Source of the DNA: Moniliella sp. 'wahieum'
Lineage: Eukaryota
NCBI GenBank assembly: GCA_003971905.1
Contig: RSEE01000062.1
Coordinates: forward strand, 1 to 64,000
Direction of reading: 5' to 3'
Length of the DNA: 64,000 nt
Part shown: positions 41,679 to 55,219 of the stretch, in pieces
Layout of the letters: each line of letters opens with the position of its first letter
Numbering within the stretch: position 1 is the stretch's first letter
Translations under genes and position numbers: made by a program
The notes under the pieces: model-generated
The model's input: the letters and a program-made list of their open reading frames with translations, nothing else
Told to the model about the DNA's origin: nothing
Databases searched by the model: none

Positions 41679-42503
41679 CTAACCATTGAGCACAGGCTCA
41701 TGCAATTGCTGTGTTGGCAACATGACTGGCGGTCGAGCTTGAAGGAAGAGCGGGGACATGGCTGCGCCCGCCCGCCTCGCTTCCCTCCGTCTTGGTACAT
41801 TTGCAACGCGTACGCCGACCCGACTGGCTGACTAAAGCCGGTACTGGATTCGAGGTAAATCGACCATTCCGGAATCAGTTCAAATTGGGTGTACCAGTTT
41901 TCTTGCACGGTCTGTCCACCACACATATCAACAGTGAGCACATGGCCATCGGACGGGAACGGACGAAGGGAGAGGGATCCGTTGGAGTTGAAGGTGTAGG
42001 TGCCGTGTTGCCACAGAAGCGTGGCATTCACACATCGGTTGTAGGTAGGGTCGTTGGTAAAGAGATACTTGCTCTGCTCCCAAAACCCATTGTCGGTGAA
42101 ACTGTAGCTCACCCCGCCCGATGGTGGTACAGCAAACTCAAATGTCATGGGGTTGAAAAAGCTCTTCAAGGCGCAGAGCACGGTAGTGCGGGTCAGCTAC
42201 CGTTCTGCAATGCGAGGCCATGGAGCACACACGTACCAATCCGGTGCTCACAGCGCCAGAGCCAGAACTCCAGGTACCCTCAATCGACGTCACGTTGTTC
42301 TTCAACCCGGCAGCCGAGCATGGCACGCCCAACCCCACAGCAAGAGAAAGTGGGAGGCCCGCCCAGCCAACTGCACGACCCAGCTTCGTCAAGCGAGATG
42401 GTCGGGTGCGAGGGTATCTGCGACGCGACGAGCTCGCTCTTGGTCGGCCGATGGCGGGAACAAGGGGCGGAGAAAACAGATGGCTTTCGCTGGTGGTCAT
42501 CAT
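41679..42503 (-). CDS. ROT1: ER chaperone Rot1 family protein
   Basis: NVTSIEGTWSSGSGAVSTG|FFNP..F..P..GVSYSFTDNGFWEQ..N.C...LLWQHGTY..NGSL.L.PF..DG..PLFL.ARPP.MLPT. Confidence 0.88.
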
Positions 42504-43954
42504 GGACTCATTAGGTGTGGACGCAGGCCGCGGCATGGGTAGTAGAGGATCAGGCACGGTCAGCGGCCTAGACAGGGGGGGCGATCGGGCTATGCTGGAG
42601 GGTAGCTAGGAACAGGAGGAAGGGACAGATGGGGGATGATCGTGAACGGAGGGCCGGTCGGGGAAGGAGGAGGGGCAGCGGGCCGTCGAGAGCACGCAAA
42701 GGAGCACCGGCAGCTGCAAAAGCGGAGGATAGCGAGGCGGGGGTGGTGGCGGTGGCGGTGGCGGAAAGGCCATCAAAGGCCATCCATCCATCTACCGTCT
42801 CCTGAGACTCAGCCCGAGCTGTCCATCCAAAAAAGCTCATCGATCATCAACAGCGCACATCCGATCGATCGATGAGGAATTCATCAATGAAGTCGATGAC
42901 AGAGGTGGGCCATCGATGACTGAAAAGATAATCGATTCATCGATCATCGATCGGTCGGCTGCCAATCCCACCCTGTCCCCCCCCTCTTTTCAGTCGAATG
43001 CGATAGTGTCTTACGCCCACGAGGGCAGGATCAATTCGATCTATCATCCATCATCATGATCCCTTCACGCTCGCCCGCCTCCATCCCACTGCATCCGTCG
43101 GAGCCCAAGCGCCAGCAGAGGCTTGCTGGAAACGGGTTGAGCGTTGGGTTCAGCTGCTGAGCCGCTGAGCGCTGAGGCTGAGCGCGCTGGGCCAACGCTC
43201 CACTTGACCTCCTGCTGCCTGTTTGGGTTGGTGGAGGGGCGCAGGTAGGCGCAGGTACGCTGTGCTAAAGCTGTGTGACTTGTGAGGCCTGAGGCCTGAG
43301 GCTTGAAACAGGCTGAAACGGAGAGTTCAAGCGCTCTTTGAGCTCTCAAGCTTCAAACTTCAAGCTCCAAGCTTCAAGAGCTTCAAGGCGCTCAAGGCAT
43401 TCCGACTGTGGGGCCTGAGGCGCTGATGATGCGCTAATTAGAGGGGTTTGTCGCCGTTGGACGCTGGGCATTCGGATGATGCAGTTGATGTGCATGCTAT
43501 GCGGAACGGTTCCCATTTGAAGCTTAATACGTCATCACGACGTCATTAATCATTGGCGTTATACCCACCGGTAACGACTTTTCATTACGAATCATTAATC
43601 AGGGAGTTGCCAGAAAGCTTAGCCCTTACGTACTACACCTTCCTACCCGGCAGAATGTAGCAGCACTGCCACCACTCGGTAGGCGGTTAGTAACGGAGGG
43701 ACCTGCTACAGTGGCTATGCAAATGCGCCAGTGGGGCTCTAGTTTGAGAGCAGCAGGTGTGAGTTAGGTAGGGGAGGGAGTAAAGATAGGCATTATCATC
43801 GTTGCATTGAGGACCGAAATGTATGCCTCAGCGGATCAAATAAAGCGGAAAGTAAACGCAGCAAAGAGGCGGACCACGGAGGGGCATCAGTTGTTTTTGT
43901 AGAGATGAGGAAAGATGGAATGGGGATCTGAGAGAGGGGATGTAGGAACCCCGT

Positions 43955-45591
43955 TCAGATCGTATCGCGCACACGAATGTAGTTGAGGTACATTCCCTTT
44001 GTCCAACGGCGGAAGGTCTTGCCCCAGATCATCATGGGAATGCAGAGAAGAATAAAAAACAGGTCGAGCACAGCACAGGCGATCATAGCGTTCTGCACCC
44101 CACTCGCCTGAAGCCAATCGTCGACAATGAACGTAAAGAGGCAGGCCATGCTGTTGTTAATCAGAGCAATGCAGGCCATGCCCTCAATCGTTGCGTCAGG
44201 GTAGGATTCCGAAGCAAAACTCATACTCAGGTCACCGCAGCAACCAAAGCCAAAGCCAAGGAAGCCCAGCCCAACGTAAGGGACAGGCCAAGACCAGCCA
44301 TGGGCCGTTCCGACGCCCATTAGAATCATGCCCACAAAACTGACAAAGGCTGCTGGGATCATAAACCACAGCCGGTCCTCAGCCTCGCGATGACCACCGT
44401 TACGCCTCGCGAGCCAGATGACAAACTTGTCGTTGAGCCAGCCACCATAGATACAGCCCAATACTGCACCAATGAGAGAGGGAACGTTCATGATCCCATC
44501 CGCCGCGTCGTCATAGTTCCACGGCGCATCCGTCCAGTACTCCTCCTCGAGGGAGAGGTAAAGGAGAGCCAGGCGTCCTGTGCACCCCATTGAAGACCAC
44601 TGTACAAGATGCCAGGGAAGAGGAGCATACTGCACATGGTCAGCAACCGACGGAAGTATTGCACAAAGCCGGTGCCTTTGAGGTTGCGAGCCGGTGTGAT
44701 GGGCTGGATACGTTGCCAGTAGGTCTTGACAGGCTCGTGAGCGCGCGACCCGGCTGACTCAGGTGCGAGCGCACCAGCTTCAAGCAGCGTCGGAGCAATC
44801 CCCTCCGCAATGTCCTTCTTTTCCTGTCCACACTCGAATTGGATGCGGCATCTTCCTCGGATGCAGAAGAGGTGTGCGCCACCGCTGCTGCCGTCGCGGC
44901 ATCTGAAGGGGTACGGTCAAACATACTCTCGTCCTGCAAGAAGAGCAGACGAGGATGTGCCACCACTGATGATGGCTGCCCACCAGCCAATCCAACGCCA
45001 GCCCATCGAGCTGTCGGCAATGAAAGAGGCAATAAGGGGACCGAGGAAGTTGCCGCTCGAGGTACTGAGCACATACCACCCGAGCGCGGTACCTTGTTGG
45101 TGCTCAAAGGTAAAGTCACTGAGAGACAGCTGGACGTTGGCCTCTGCACAGGCTTCACTGGCGCCAACAAAGATTTGGTTCAATACCGAGTCGGTTGGGG
45201 TGGTAATCTTGGCGTACCAGATGGCGCCTGCCAAGCCGGACAACATGCAGAGCAAATACAGAATCTTGCGGCCGTAGAGCCATGGCATGGGCGCCGTCGT
45301 AAACGATACAAAGGCAATCGCGGCAAACAGAACGCCAGCCGCCTTGTTTTCATAGTCTTCCGAGATGCCCTCTTCTGAACTCATGCCCTGGCCACCGGAG
45401 CCAGCATCGTTGGCAGTAGCGGCGGTTAAGGCAGCGAGGTAGCACACTAACAAGCCATTCCATACCTTGCGGGCACGGGACCAGTTGAGGGGGTCGTTGG
45501 GGGAGTCGGTGGGGGCGGGGCGGAGGATGATTTCGCCGTGGGAGATCAGCTCCCAGGAGCCGGGAAGCTCTTCGTCGTGGTAGAGGACCAT
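43955..45591 (-). CDS. MFS transporter (HOL1-like)
   Basis: IILRPAPTDSPNDPLNWS, YGRKILYL, FEHQQG, NFLGPLIA, GWRW, RRNGGHREAEDRLW, WGKTFRRWT; multiple TM segments; frameshifts. Confidence 0.9.
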
Positions 45592-46518
45592 CGAGCCGAG
45601 GGTGGTGTGGGAGGGGGGCAAGCAGGCAAACTCAGCAGGGACGGGAGACGGAGTATGGTGGCTTGGGCAGCAGGGCATTCCGTGTGGAAAAGACGAGGAG
45701 GAGTTGCGGGCTCTTGCGAAAACGAGTTTCGGCAAGGGAAGGAGGTGGTAGTGGTGGGGAAGAAAACAGGGGGAAGGGAGGCGGCCACGCTACTTCATGC
45801 GGCCTATCAAGGAACGGGTGTGGTCAGTGTGACGCATCGTGCAACCGGAGACACGAGGCTGCAGTTTTTTTTTTTCTTTTTTCCGTGCCTGGTCAGCGTC
45901 CGCAAGAGCAGAGCGCCCAACGGCAGAGCGTCAGAGCGGGCTGGCTCGGTTGCGGCCGCACAGGGGTGCTGTGCCTGACCACGTGACATGCATCGCTTCC
46001 AGCCCCAGGAGCTCGGCGCAGGCGAGTGGGCGGCGGTTGGGATGGGCGCTCGATTACGAAACGGCGGTTAAACCGTCGCGAGGCTCCTGGCTGGGTGATA
46101 CGGCCGGTGAGCTGGCAAGCCGGGGGCGGCAGGGCAGTGTGCCGCTCTGCGGCTGCCAGCCAGAATCCTGCCGCTCGCTCGGCCTGCGGCAGTCTCAGCG
46201 CTCGACACGGCGCAATTCGGCCGTCGCCGCACGGGGGCTGTGTGTGGTGCAATTAACAATTCGCCTTCGCCACGGATGGGCAGTTGCAAACGGCGAGATT
46301 GTTGAGAGGTTGAGATCTCACCGCGGTAAGGCCGGCCTAAGCCCAAAGGACCTAAGGTCTAAGGATGCGGTCGGATAGATAGATCGGAAACAGGAGGCGC
46401 TGCCATCAATGCACCCGCCAACCGGAACGACCGGAAAGCAAACCGGACCGCCACTCTAGTGACTCTAGTGACTAGTGACCTAGTGACCAGAAGAGTCAAA
46501 GTCAAGCTTCAAGTTATT

Positions 46519-47151
46519 TGTTCAAAATTGTTCAACAGCTGGACAAGATCTAGTACCTTGCACCCGCACCCAGGCCAAGTTTGGTGCGTTGCATGAGGCA
46601 GTGCGGGAGCCCATTCTCCAGCTCATACGCTCCATCCCCGACACCCACGTCCGCAACGAACCTATGGTGGAGGAAGAGGATGGGAGGAGACAGAGGACAC
46701 AGCGCACCGACTACCGCGTGATGGGGCCCGGAGCACTCGGTGGGTCAGGAATGGAGGTAGACCGCACGCTGCGCGACACGGGATCGCTGGAGGCGCAGAG
46801 CGCGTACCGAAGGGTGGTGCATGAGAGCACCGCAACTCCCTTGGAACGCCGGGAGAAGGAGCTGCTTCGGCTGCTTGAACAAGCAGAATGCGACAAGAAC
46901 GCCAAGTACCAGGGACGCACTCAAGAGCCGTTTTTCCCCTGGTTTTGACGACGCGAGGATACTACGGCACCAAGACAGCGGGCAAGTTGTTTGCGCATTG
47001 GAAGGATTTGGCTACTAAGTCTCAGTGGAAATGGTTCCTCGCTCGGATGTCAACCACGTTCATCCGTGTCCACACGCGCTTCCTAGGGTACGTGACCGGA
47101 TGGCGAGAACCGGAGGGTCCTGATATCCTGGCGATCCCCCTGGTTCCTTAA
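46519..47151 (+). mobile_element. 5'-truncated non-LTR retrotransposon fragment, restriction-like endonuclease domain (CRE/Cnl1-like)
   Basis: Decayed Zn-knuckle, then LHEAVRE (RHD-like), EP, RTD, EVD, K.AKY and FFPLVLTTRG, in the order typical of RLE C-termini; no RT domain present. Confidence 0.72.
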
Positions 47152-47955
47152 CCTTGGTAGCGCTTCCAAGTAACCCCCGCAAGATGAACGGTTAGGTTTA
47201 GACGTAGCGTTCCCCCTGTCCCAGCCTTAAGCTCTATCAATGAAATGGACGCGATCTAGTATGCCCACACAGATATTTTCTTCTGCGTATTTTGTCACCA
47301 CCTTGTCGGAGACGTACCAAGTAGGAGGGTGACCCCTTCGGTGTCCCCATGATGTCACCCGCACTGTGCTTATCCGGCCCTACGGAAGGGTCATTAACAA
47401 CAGGGTCATCTCGTTTGAACAGTATACTGTGTGCGGTGGTCGTCGGCTACTAACTAACAATAACTTACACTAACTTACTCGGCCCGCAATAAGAACCAGA
47501 CCATCAAATATAACACAATCATGTGGTCTTTGTTCTGGTTTGCATACATGGTTTTCGGGTCATGCATCATGCCAGCCAAGTCGATTGTCACATGTCAAGC
47601 TTCAAGGTTGGGCATGGAGAATCGTTTTCCGTGTCAACATGTATCAAGCCTGGCTATATCTCCATGGAAGGGAAGAGCGTTGAGATGAATGACATTTCAC
47701 GGTGATGGCAGATGCAGCGGTACCACGGATACGAATGTAGCACAGGGGGAGAAGGGGGGTAGGAGGTGCCGCCTGGTCGCGTAACCAGTAGCACCAAAAG
47801 AAGAATACAGTATATGAATTGTTCGAGGTTGAACGTCGATATGAGCAGCGCAAACTCCCCACGACGCTGGGAGGCATAAACAGTAATGAACAAGAAGAGC
47901 ATGATTGACAGTGGGAGATCGAGACGCGTAGAGCAAGCCACCCTTTTGGCCTGTG

Positions 47956-50240
47956 TCAGTATGAACCGATCTCGTCCACCGCATCAGTAAGTGAAGGGAT
48001 GCATAGGGGAGCTTCGCCCCTCTTGTTTGACTTGACCGAAGGCCAGCTCTGATCCCACTCCAAAACGGCGGGAGGGGGAGTAACCTTACTCACTAGATGA
48101 GAAGTCGGGGGGGCTCCCTCTTCCTCCTGCACGTCCAACGATACACCGGGGAAGTCGAAACGCCCATGAGGAGCCGTTGCTCCCCCTGTGCCAGTTCCTC
48201 CGACCCACGGGCACAGGTACAGTGGGGGGCAAGGTGTGTGTCGCAGTGTCGCCGTAGTACGGAGACGGGAGCGACCAGTCCGGCAGCGGAGGCGGCGCGC
48301 TTTCTTCACTCCAGCCGTTCAGGCTCAGGTCCATCTCAACCGAACTCGTCACGGTCTTGGGGGATGCGGTGAGTGTCCATTTTTTACCCAGCATGGAGCG
48401 TGGGGCAGTAAACGAGTGCAGCGTGTGTAGCGTGCGCAGGGTAGGCCGCTTGGTAGACGGGTGCGGGGCATCTTTCCCCGCCCGGACCAGAGTTTGTATT
48501 GACTTGGACTTGACAAGGCGGCGGGTAAAGCCCTCGGTGGGAGAGGAAGCGCGAGGCTCAGGTGAAGGGTCGCGGGAAGGTCCATCGGCGGGGGAGGTGA
48601 CCAGACGCGCGCGCAAGGCCCTTTCTTCTCTCTTTCGTAAGCACCAGAGGGGGAGAAGGGCTGGATCTATCGTCAGAGAGTTGTGGGCAGTCCATAGTCG
48701 GCGACGGGCTGTCTTGCCGCAATCTCAGGTGAGAGTAGGGCGGGGGCTCCAGCGAGTAGGGCGGAAGGTAGATCGTGTCATGAGTGCAGGCACAGGAGGC
48801 AATGGCAACAGTCCGATGCATGGAAAAGACCTGCACTTTAGGGAGACCAGTCGTGCCACTGTTGGACATCGTGTTCAGTACACTCAAGCGCGAAAAGAAC
48901 ACATCAATCCCAATCTCGTGCGAAACCCGAATGTCCGTCTGCGATCCACGCACGGTGCTCGGCCGCATCGCACCATGGTCGGGCAAACGGAAGATGGACT
49001 GGAGGGAATAGCCATCACTGGTCTCGGAGGTAGGTGGGGAATGACGGCCCGCTACGCTATAGTGAGCAAAGGTGCCGTCAAGCACGGTACCAAAGGGGCT
49101 GATAGTGGGTTGTCCTGCTGCTGCACCCAGTCCGGGCCGTCCCGGAGTGGCCTGGCCGTCCTCACCCTCTTGGGCAAACCAAATTGTGTCTTCGGGCAGT
49201 CCCTCGTCCGGGCGACGGTAGGGGGAGGGATTGCACCCTTTTTCCCACAACCGTAACTTTTTCGCTGGGAGCTTGAGCCACTTTTGTCGTTGAGAACTGA
49301 AGAGCTCCACAGTTTTTTCAAGTAGACACGAATGGTATGCACTGTCACCCCGCTGGTGGATCAGGGTGACGTACTCCCACCGCCGCTGTCCCTCCCACCG
49401 TCAGTGAGGCAGAGAGAAGTGAAAGAGAAAGAAGACCCAATGCCTCATGGTAACCTTCAAATTGCATGTCGAGGGGGGCAGGACCTCCATCGGGCTGAAC
49501 CTGGGTAAGGAGGTACACTTCCTTCCATGTAGACATGTCTGACTTACCCCCCCTCCCTGCACCCAACGCCGTGGCGGTCACAACATAACGAAGCGACGCA
49601 TCCTCAGTCCGGGAAAAGGAGGCAGGCGTGGTGGCTGGGATGATAAACACATACTCAAACCTGGAGCCCATCAAAAAAGGAAGTCAGTTTGCGTTGGCTC
49701 GATCATCTTACAGGGAAACAGCATAATGCATACCCGTGCACGCCAGCTGTGAGCTGCAGCGGCTGGTGGGGGGCTTTGACCGATGGTGTGTGGGTCGTGT
49801 CGGGAGCGTACTGCGGGGGTGGGTCGGTGGTATGACCCAACTCGTCAGGAACAAGCGAAGAGGGAGCAAATTGGGCTCCATCTGTCTCATTTTCGCTTGT
49901 CAGTGTGGGAGAGGCATCGGGCATGTGGGTTTTGGGAGTTCGAAGGTAATGTTTGACGAGATAGAGAGTGCTGCTGAACACCACTTTTTCCTCGCAACGC
50001 ATCCCAGTTGCATGGGTAGTGTCCGGGAAATAGAGTGTTTGCCGCCCCTCGAGTGATACCTTGACAGACTGGATCGACCGGTCGGTCGGACACATCAGCT
50101 CTACCACCCCGCTCAGAGTCTGGTCTGGGCCAGGCAAACGTGACCGGGTGGAGCAGGGCGCAGATAACGTCCTCACTCGCCACATGGAGCGCAATCTCGC
50201 ACGCCGGTGTTGGTGGGTGCGCCCGTGGATGGGGAAGCAT
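47956..50240 (-). CDS. Arrestin-fold (arrestin_N-like) protein
   Basis: DQTLSGVVEL..IQSVKVSLEGRQT, LTAGVH|FEYVFIIPATTP, LRYVVTATALG, ASLTVGG; PY-like motifs PPQY, LPPY, PPPYS and PSPY. Confidence 0.7.
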
Positions 50241-53200
50241 TGTTGCCAAAAAGCGGATGAAGAGACCGGTACTCCTTCGATCGCCCTGGTGGGTGTGGAA
50301 GAAGAAAGGACAGCAGGTGTTGTGGAAGGAGAGCCGACAAGAGATAGCAGACAAAGAGGTCGAGATGGTGAGTATATATCGGAGATGGAGATATGAGCTT
50401 TCAGATTGTGGCTGGCATGAATTACTGATTGACACAGCAACATGTGTCACTGGAATTAGCTGCAGCATCCCAGCGCACCACTCCTGCATTCGACCGAAGG
50501 GTGTAATCGGGAGCACAGGGACGCAGGATACGCTCTTAGTAACGCACCCGTCACCCACGTCACCCAATACTGTGACGCACTAGTGATGCTGATTTCAGAA
50601 TAAGGGACCAATGACTAGTGACGCTAGTGACGCGTGACGACCGGCGATGCATGATGCATGAAGCTGAAGCTGCGTAACGTAACGCGTAAAGCTTAAAGCT
50701 TAAAGCTGGATGCGTTTGAATTCACAGGCCAGGGCGGCCCCTGGTGCGTGGTGGCCCATTGTGCTCAGCCGGCCAGCGGCTCAGCGGGAGCCAGGGGAGA
50801 CTAATAAGCGCTAAGCATAAGTCCATGGCTGTTCTGGCTGAGTGCCCAGCTGGGCCCACCGCGCCGCCTAAGCCGCTAAGGCCTAAGGCCGCCTCAGGCC
50901 TCGGTCTCACCGGTCACTGGTCACCGGTCACCGGTCACCCCCAGCCCTTTGATAATGGCAATTGCCCAGTAGATACTAGATCTGAGTTCAGATCGTTCAG
51001 AACTCACACCGAGTAACTGAGTTACTGAGTTACAGTAGGGTTACTAGCTTTCCTCAGTACGGCCAGTACGGAATCTGCGTGCACTGAATTCAATCACCGA
51101 GTACTGAGTTACGGACCCGTCAGTACTCAGTCATCGTCAGCACTTTCCCGCTGTTCGCGGGCCAGGTCCAGGCTATTAGAGCGTACACTTGGCCAATGCC
51201 CCCTTCTGTTAAAACCGCATACTAGCTTTCACACTTTTTAGCGATGAGCACAACGCGCCATACTGCATACCAGGCCATACCAGGCCATACCAGGCCATAC
51301 CGGAAACGTTACCCATTACCGGTTGCCAGGTGATGGACAGCGGTCCATGTTACCCTTTCCCGCTTGTCCTTTGTCCCATGGACAACGGGGTCACCGGTCA
51401 CCGGCTACAGTAGAGGCTAGATAATGTTCTCGCCCTCCAGAACGGAGAATATTGCATCAAGAAATGATTAATGAACCCGGCGGTTCCGGGCGTGGGCTAC
51501 CGGCGCCACTACACCAGCGTGGCGTCGCAAAAGTGTCTAGGAAGGCCTGCGGGGATCCCTCAGGCGTGCTCAGCCCTATAATAGCTTAGTGTTAAATTTA
51601 ACCCTTGACTGGTGACCCTTAAAAAACGTGAGCCTCGGCGCTGAGCTCAGCCTCAGCCTCAGCCTCAGCCTCAGCCTCAGCCTTCTGTGTGAGGCCTGCG
51701 ACATAAGTGAGGGGTCGTCATTCACAACTTCTCCATCAAGAAAAACTGGAGCTCAACCGTGGTCAGCATTGTAGCATGTTGATCAAAAGCAAAGGAGGGG
51801 AGCAGAGGTTGACCGAACGTGTGCCCGTGAGAAACTCTCAATGCTCAGTAAGCTGAGCTCTTACTGGTTACTCCCAGAGATGCTGAGCACCGACGCTCGC
51901 GGCCCGCAACTGGATGGGGTGCATGTCACTGTCTGCCTTAGTAAAACATGTAATGCATACCATGAGATCCCACCGGCAATGAGCGTTGGACGTTGAACGT
52001 TGAACGACGTTGAACGTTGAACGTTGTGAACAGAGAGGGTCTTGGTTCATCCATATTGAGGAGTGACCTCACCGTCACTTGTGACCGGGTGACCCCCACA
52101 AATTGATTAACGAGGGCGAGAGTCGGCGGGTACATGCATGTCCACGAGAGCGCACAGGAGGGGGTGGTAACGCGTAACGGGTAACAAAAGGTGTTACGCG
52201 GGTGCGGGGGCCAAGCATGGCTAAGCTGTTGGACCTACGCATTGCATGCTACATTGCATGACGTTTGTGGTTGCCAATGGTGCTATGTCCTAAACATGTA
52301 ACGGTTTGAAGGAGCCAGTTAGTGCATGAGCGGGTTTGGGGGGTCCTGCATGTAGAAGAGCAATTAAGCTGGCAGATAATACCATTACATCTTCCGGCAT
52401 TACTATCATCTCGTCACCTTCTCACGATCCAGGCCCCAGGGGTTCATCGACAATTAGATCACGGATGTATATAGTTGTGTCAACGGCCTCAGCGGCCTCA
52501 GCTTATATTCAACTGCATAATGGCACCACCTACAACAGTTACGTACTCTTTACTACTACTCTCATATCGACGAGAAAAGAATATAGACGACGTGCAGGAA
52601 ACCCACTTCACCTGTCAGCATGTCAGGTCAGTTGACCGATGGCAGAGGAACAACGACGACGGACGCCATCTCTCCGAGAGAGTAAGGTGGGCAGATTGAA
52701 AAAGGCTGGTAGGATTGAGAGCAACAGCGGACGACCAGAGAAGAAAAGCCCTGCCGGAAAAAAGAAAGCTGTTCGTTTCTTCCATTTCTCCACATTGTTA
52801 CTTGAGTTGCTTCATTGTACAACAGTCCTAGTCATGTCGGGATCAGAGCGACATGGTCACATATAGTCATCAGGTTTGATGAACCCTCATTTGTTCTAGA
52901 CCCTGTTTGCCCTTTGTCTATGCTCCCCCTGCATTCTACGTCTGACTCAGCTCGCATGCTATCTTCTCCGAGGTATATTATATAACCTCGCCTCCTTTCT
53001 CCTCGATGAATATGATTCTCGTCCTTTTCCCATCTCCATCTTCTGTTAAGTCATACTGTCTTTACCTTGGTGCTCGCCACGGGTCCAAGAGGGTCCAGTA
53101 TGGGGGCGTGGCTCCGGACGAGAGGGACGATGTATCGTTGGGTGGTGGGTAACCGGTAACCGGTAGCCGGTAACCGGTAAAACCTGTGGCGATTGTATGG

Positions 53201-55219
53201 AGATAATGATGACCCTCTCAATCCATCGACCCGACGGTCACTCATAGATGAGATCAGAGATGCAAGAAGCGGCTGCGGAGCGCCAGGTTGCATGTTGTCG
53301 GGCGATGCGGACGAAGGAAGGAAACCTGCGCCGGAATCCTCCGCCATGTACCGCGGCTCTGCAACCTGTCGCCTTTCACGGCAGGTGTGGGGTAAGGAGT
53401 GGGTCACCGGTGACAGTCACTGTGACATGTGACATGTGACATGTGACATGTGACCGGCCAGCCGGTCAAGCCCTGGCAAGGTGATCCGGTGACCCGGTCA
53501 CGTGCACCGGAACAAGGTCCGCGTGGTCAGACTGGTCCGGTGGCCAGGCACCGCGAGCGCACCAGGGCAAGGGCTGCTGAGCGCACCCCAAGCCAGGCAC
53601 TGTGAGCATGTTGGGCGTGCCGCTAGGCTTGGTGGCCAATCGGCGCTGTGCGCGATTAGCCGCGCGGACGTAACTAGTAACTCCCAGCCAACGCAGCCTT
53701 GGCAGTCGGCATTAGAAGTGCCTTGCCTGGTGTTGCCCTTCCCCGTCATGTTGACGTGTCAATATTCAATCAATCGCCGCCAGCGTGACACGTGCCGCGT
53801 GACGGCATAGTGCACCATGGCGCATGGGTGAGGTGTGACGCGGGAATGAACATGCCGGGCCGGGACAGGCGGACCCTTCTGTGCCCCAGCAGCCCAGCAG
53901 TCCAGCCGCGCTCCGGCGGAGCGCTGAGCATCAGCGCCCACGGGCATTGGGGCAGCGGGGCACGGCGCCAGTGGCGCCCAGCAGCCCAGTGCCCCCCAGT
54001 AGCGTCGTCGGCGTCGGCCGCCCCCGGCAGCGATGGCTGCGGCGGCGCTGTAGGGCGCTGTCCGACCGGGTCTGCTCGCATGCGCCGCAGTGCGACACAC
54101 GAATGCGGGGGAGGCACGGCGCCTGTGCGCGCCCCCTCGCCCAGCGGGGGAGGCGGGGCGGGGTCTGGTTGGGCCTGAGACAACTAACACCGTCCTCCCT
54201 CCGCGGCACGGCGCCAGTCTCTGCGCGTACCCCGCCATGTTCGGCCCCCCGCGACCGATGCGGGCCCAACCGCGGTCGCCCCAGCACGCCAGTGTCGCCG
54301 CACCCGCGCGGCCAGCCGGCTCGGCTGCTCCGGCGCCCAGGCCACGCCAGCCGGATCGGGCATATATAACGAATGGCACGCGCGCCCTGCCCGCATCACC
54401 CGCCACAGTCCCAGCCCCCGTTCGCAACCGCCGTCCTCTGCGGTCTGCGTTTCTGTCCTCCTCCCACCCGTCCCCGCCCTCGTCCCCATCCCCATCCCCG
54501 TCCTCGTCCCCGTCCCCGTCCCCATGCCCCCGCCGCCATCATCATCCCCTCCCCCGCCCGGCAAGCCCTCCCCCCGCCTCCGCTGCCGCAGCCCGCGAGG
54601 AACCGGCCCTTGTTCCATCGCCCCGCCTCGCCACCTCCGCTCCGCCGCACGCCCCAACAGCGCCACGCCGGCGCACCGACGCTCCCGGCCATCCACGATG
54701 CTCACACTGCTTGGTCTCCCGCCGAGACTCCTCTGCCCCCCATCGACCAGCTCACTGTTATCTCGCCTCGCCGACACAGCGTAGCTCCGTCTACAACGTT
54801 CACTCCCTCGTCGCGTCCCTCCTTGCCATCCACCACCTTACCACCCCCCCGCCCCGCCCCATCGCGCCTCCGTCTCCTCCACCACCTCCACCACCTCCAC
54901 CTCTTCTGCGCCGCTGGCGTCTTCCCTGCTTCCGCCCCATCGATTCCCGCCTGTGGGTGGGTGGGGGGAGCGTCCACCGCCCCGCCAACATCGTTGGTCT
55001 GACGATTTGCCACAAGCACGCAGATATGCTGTGCGTGCCAACCTACTCTCGACTGTGACCGAAGCGAGTGGGTCGGTTACGCCTGCCTGGTCCGGAGCCT
55101 CGACCCCTCACACCCGGTCCCATTTCATCGCCGCCGATCCACACCGCCACCTCCCACCTCTGCCCCCGGCAAACAATGTATCCCCCACCTCGTCTACCCC
55201 ACTCGTGCTAGGCCCAGTT

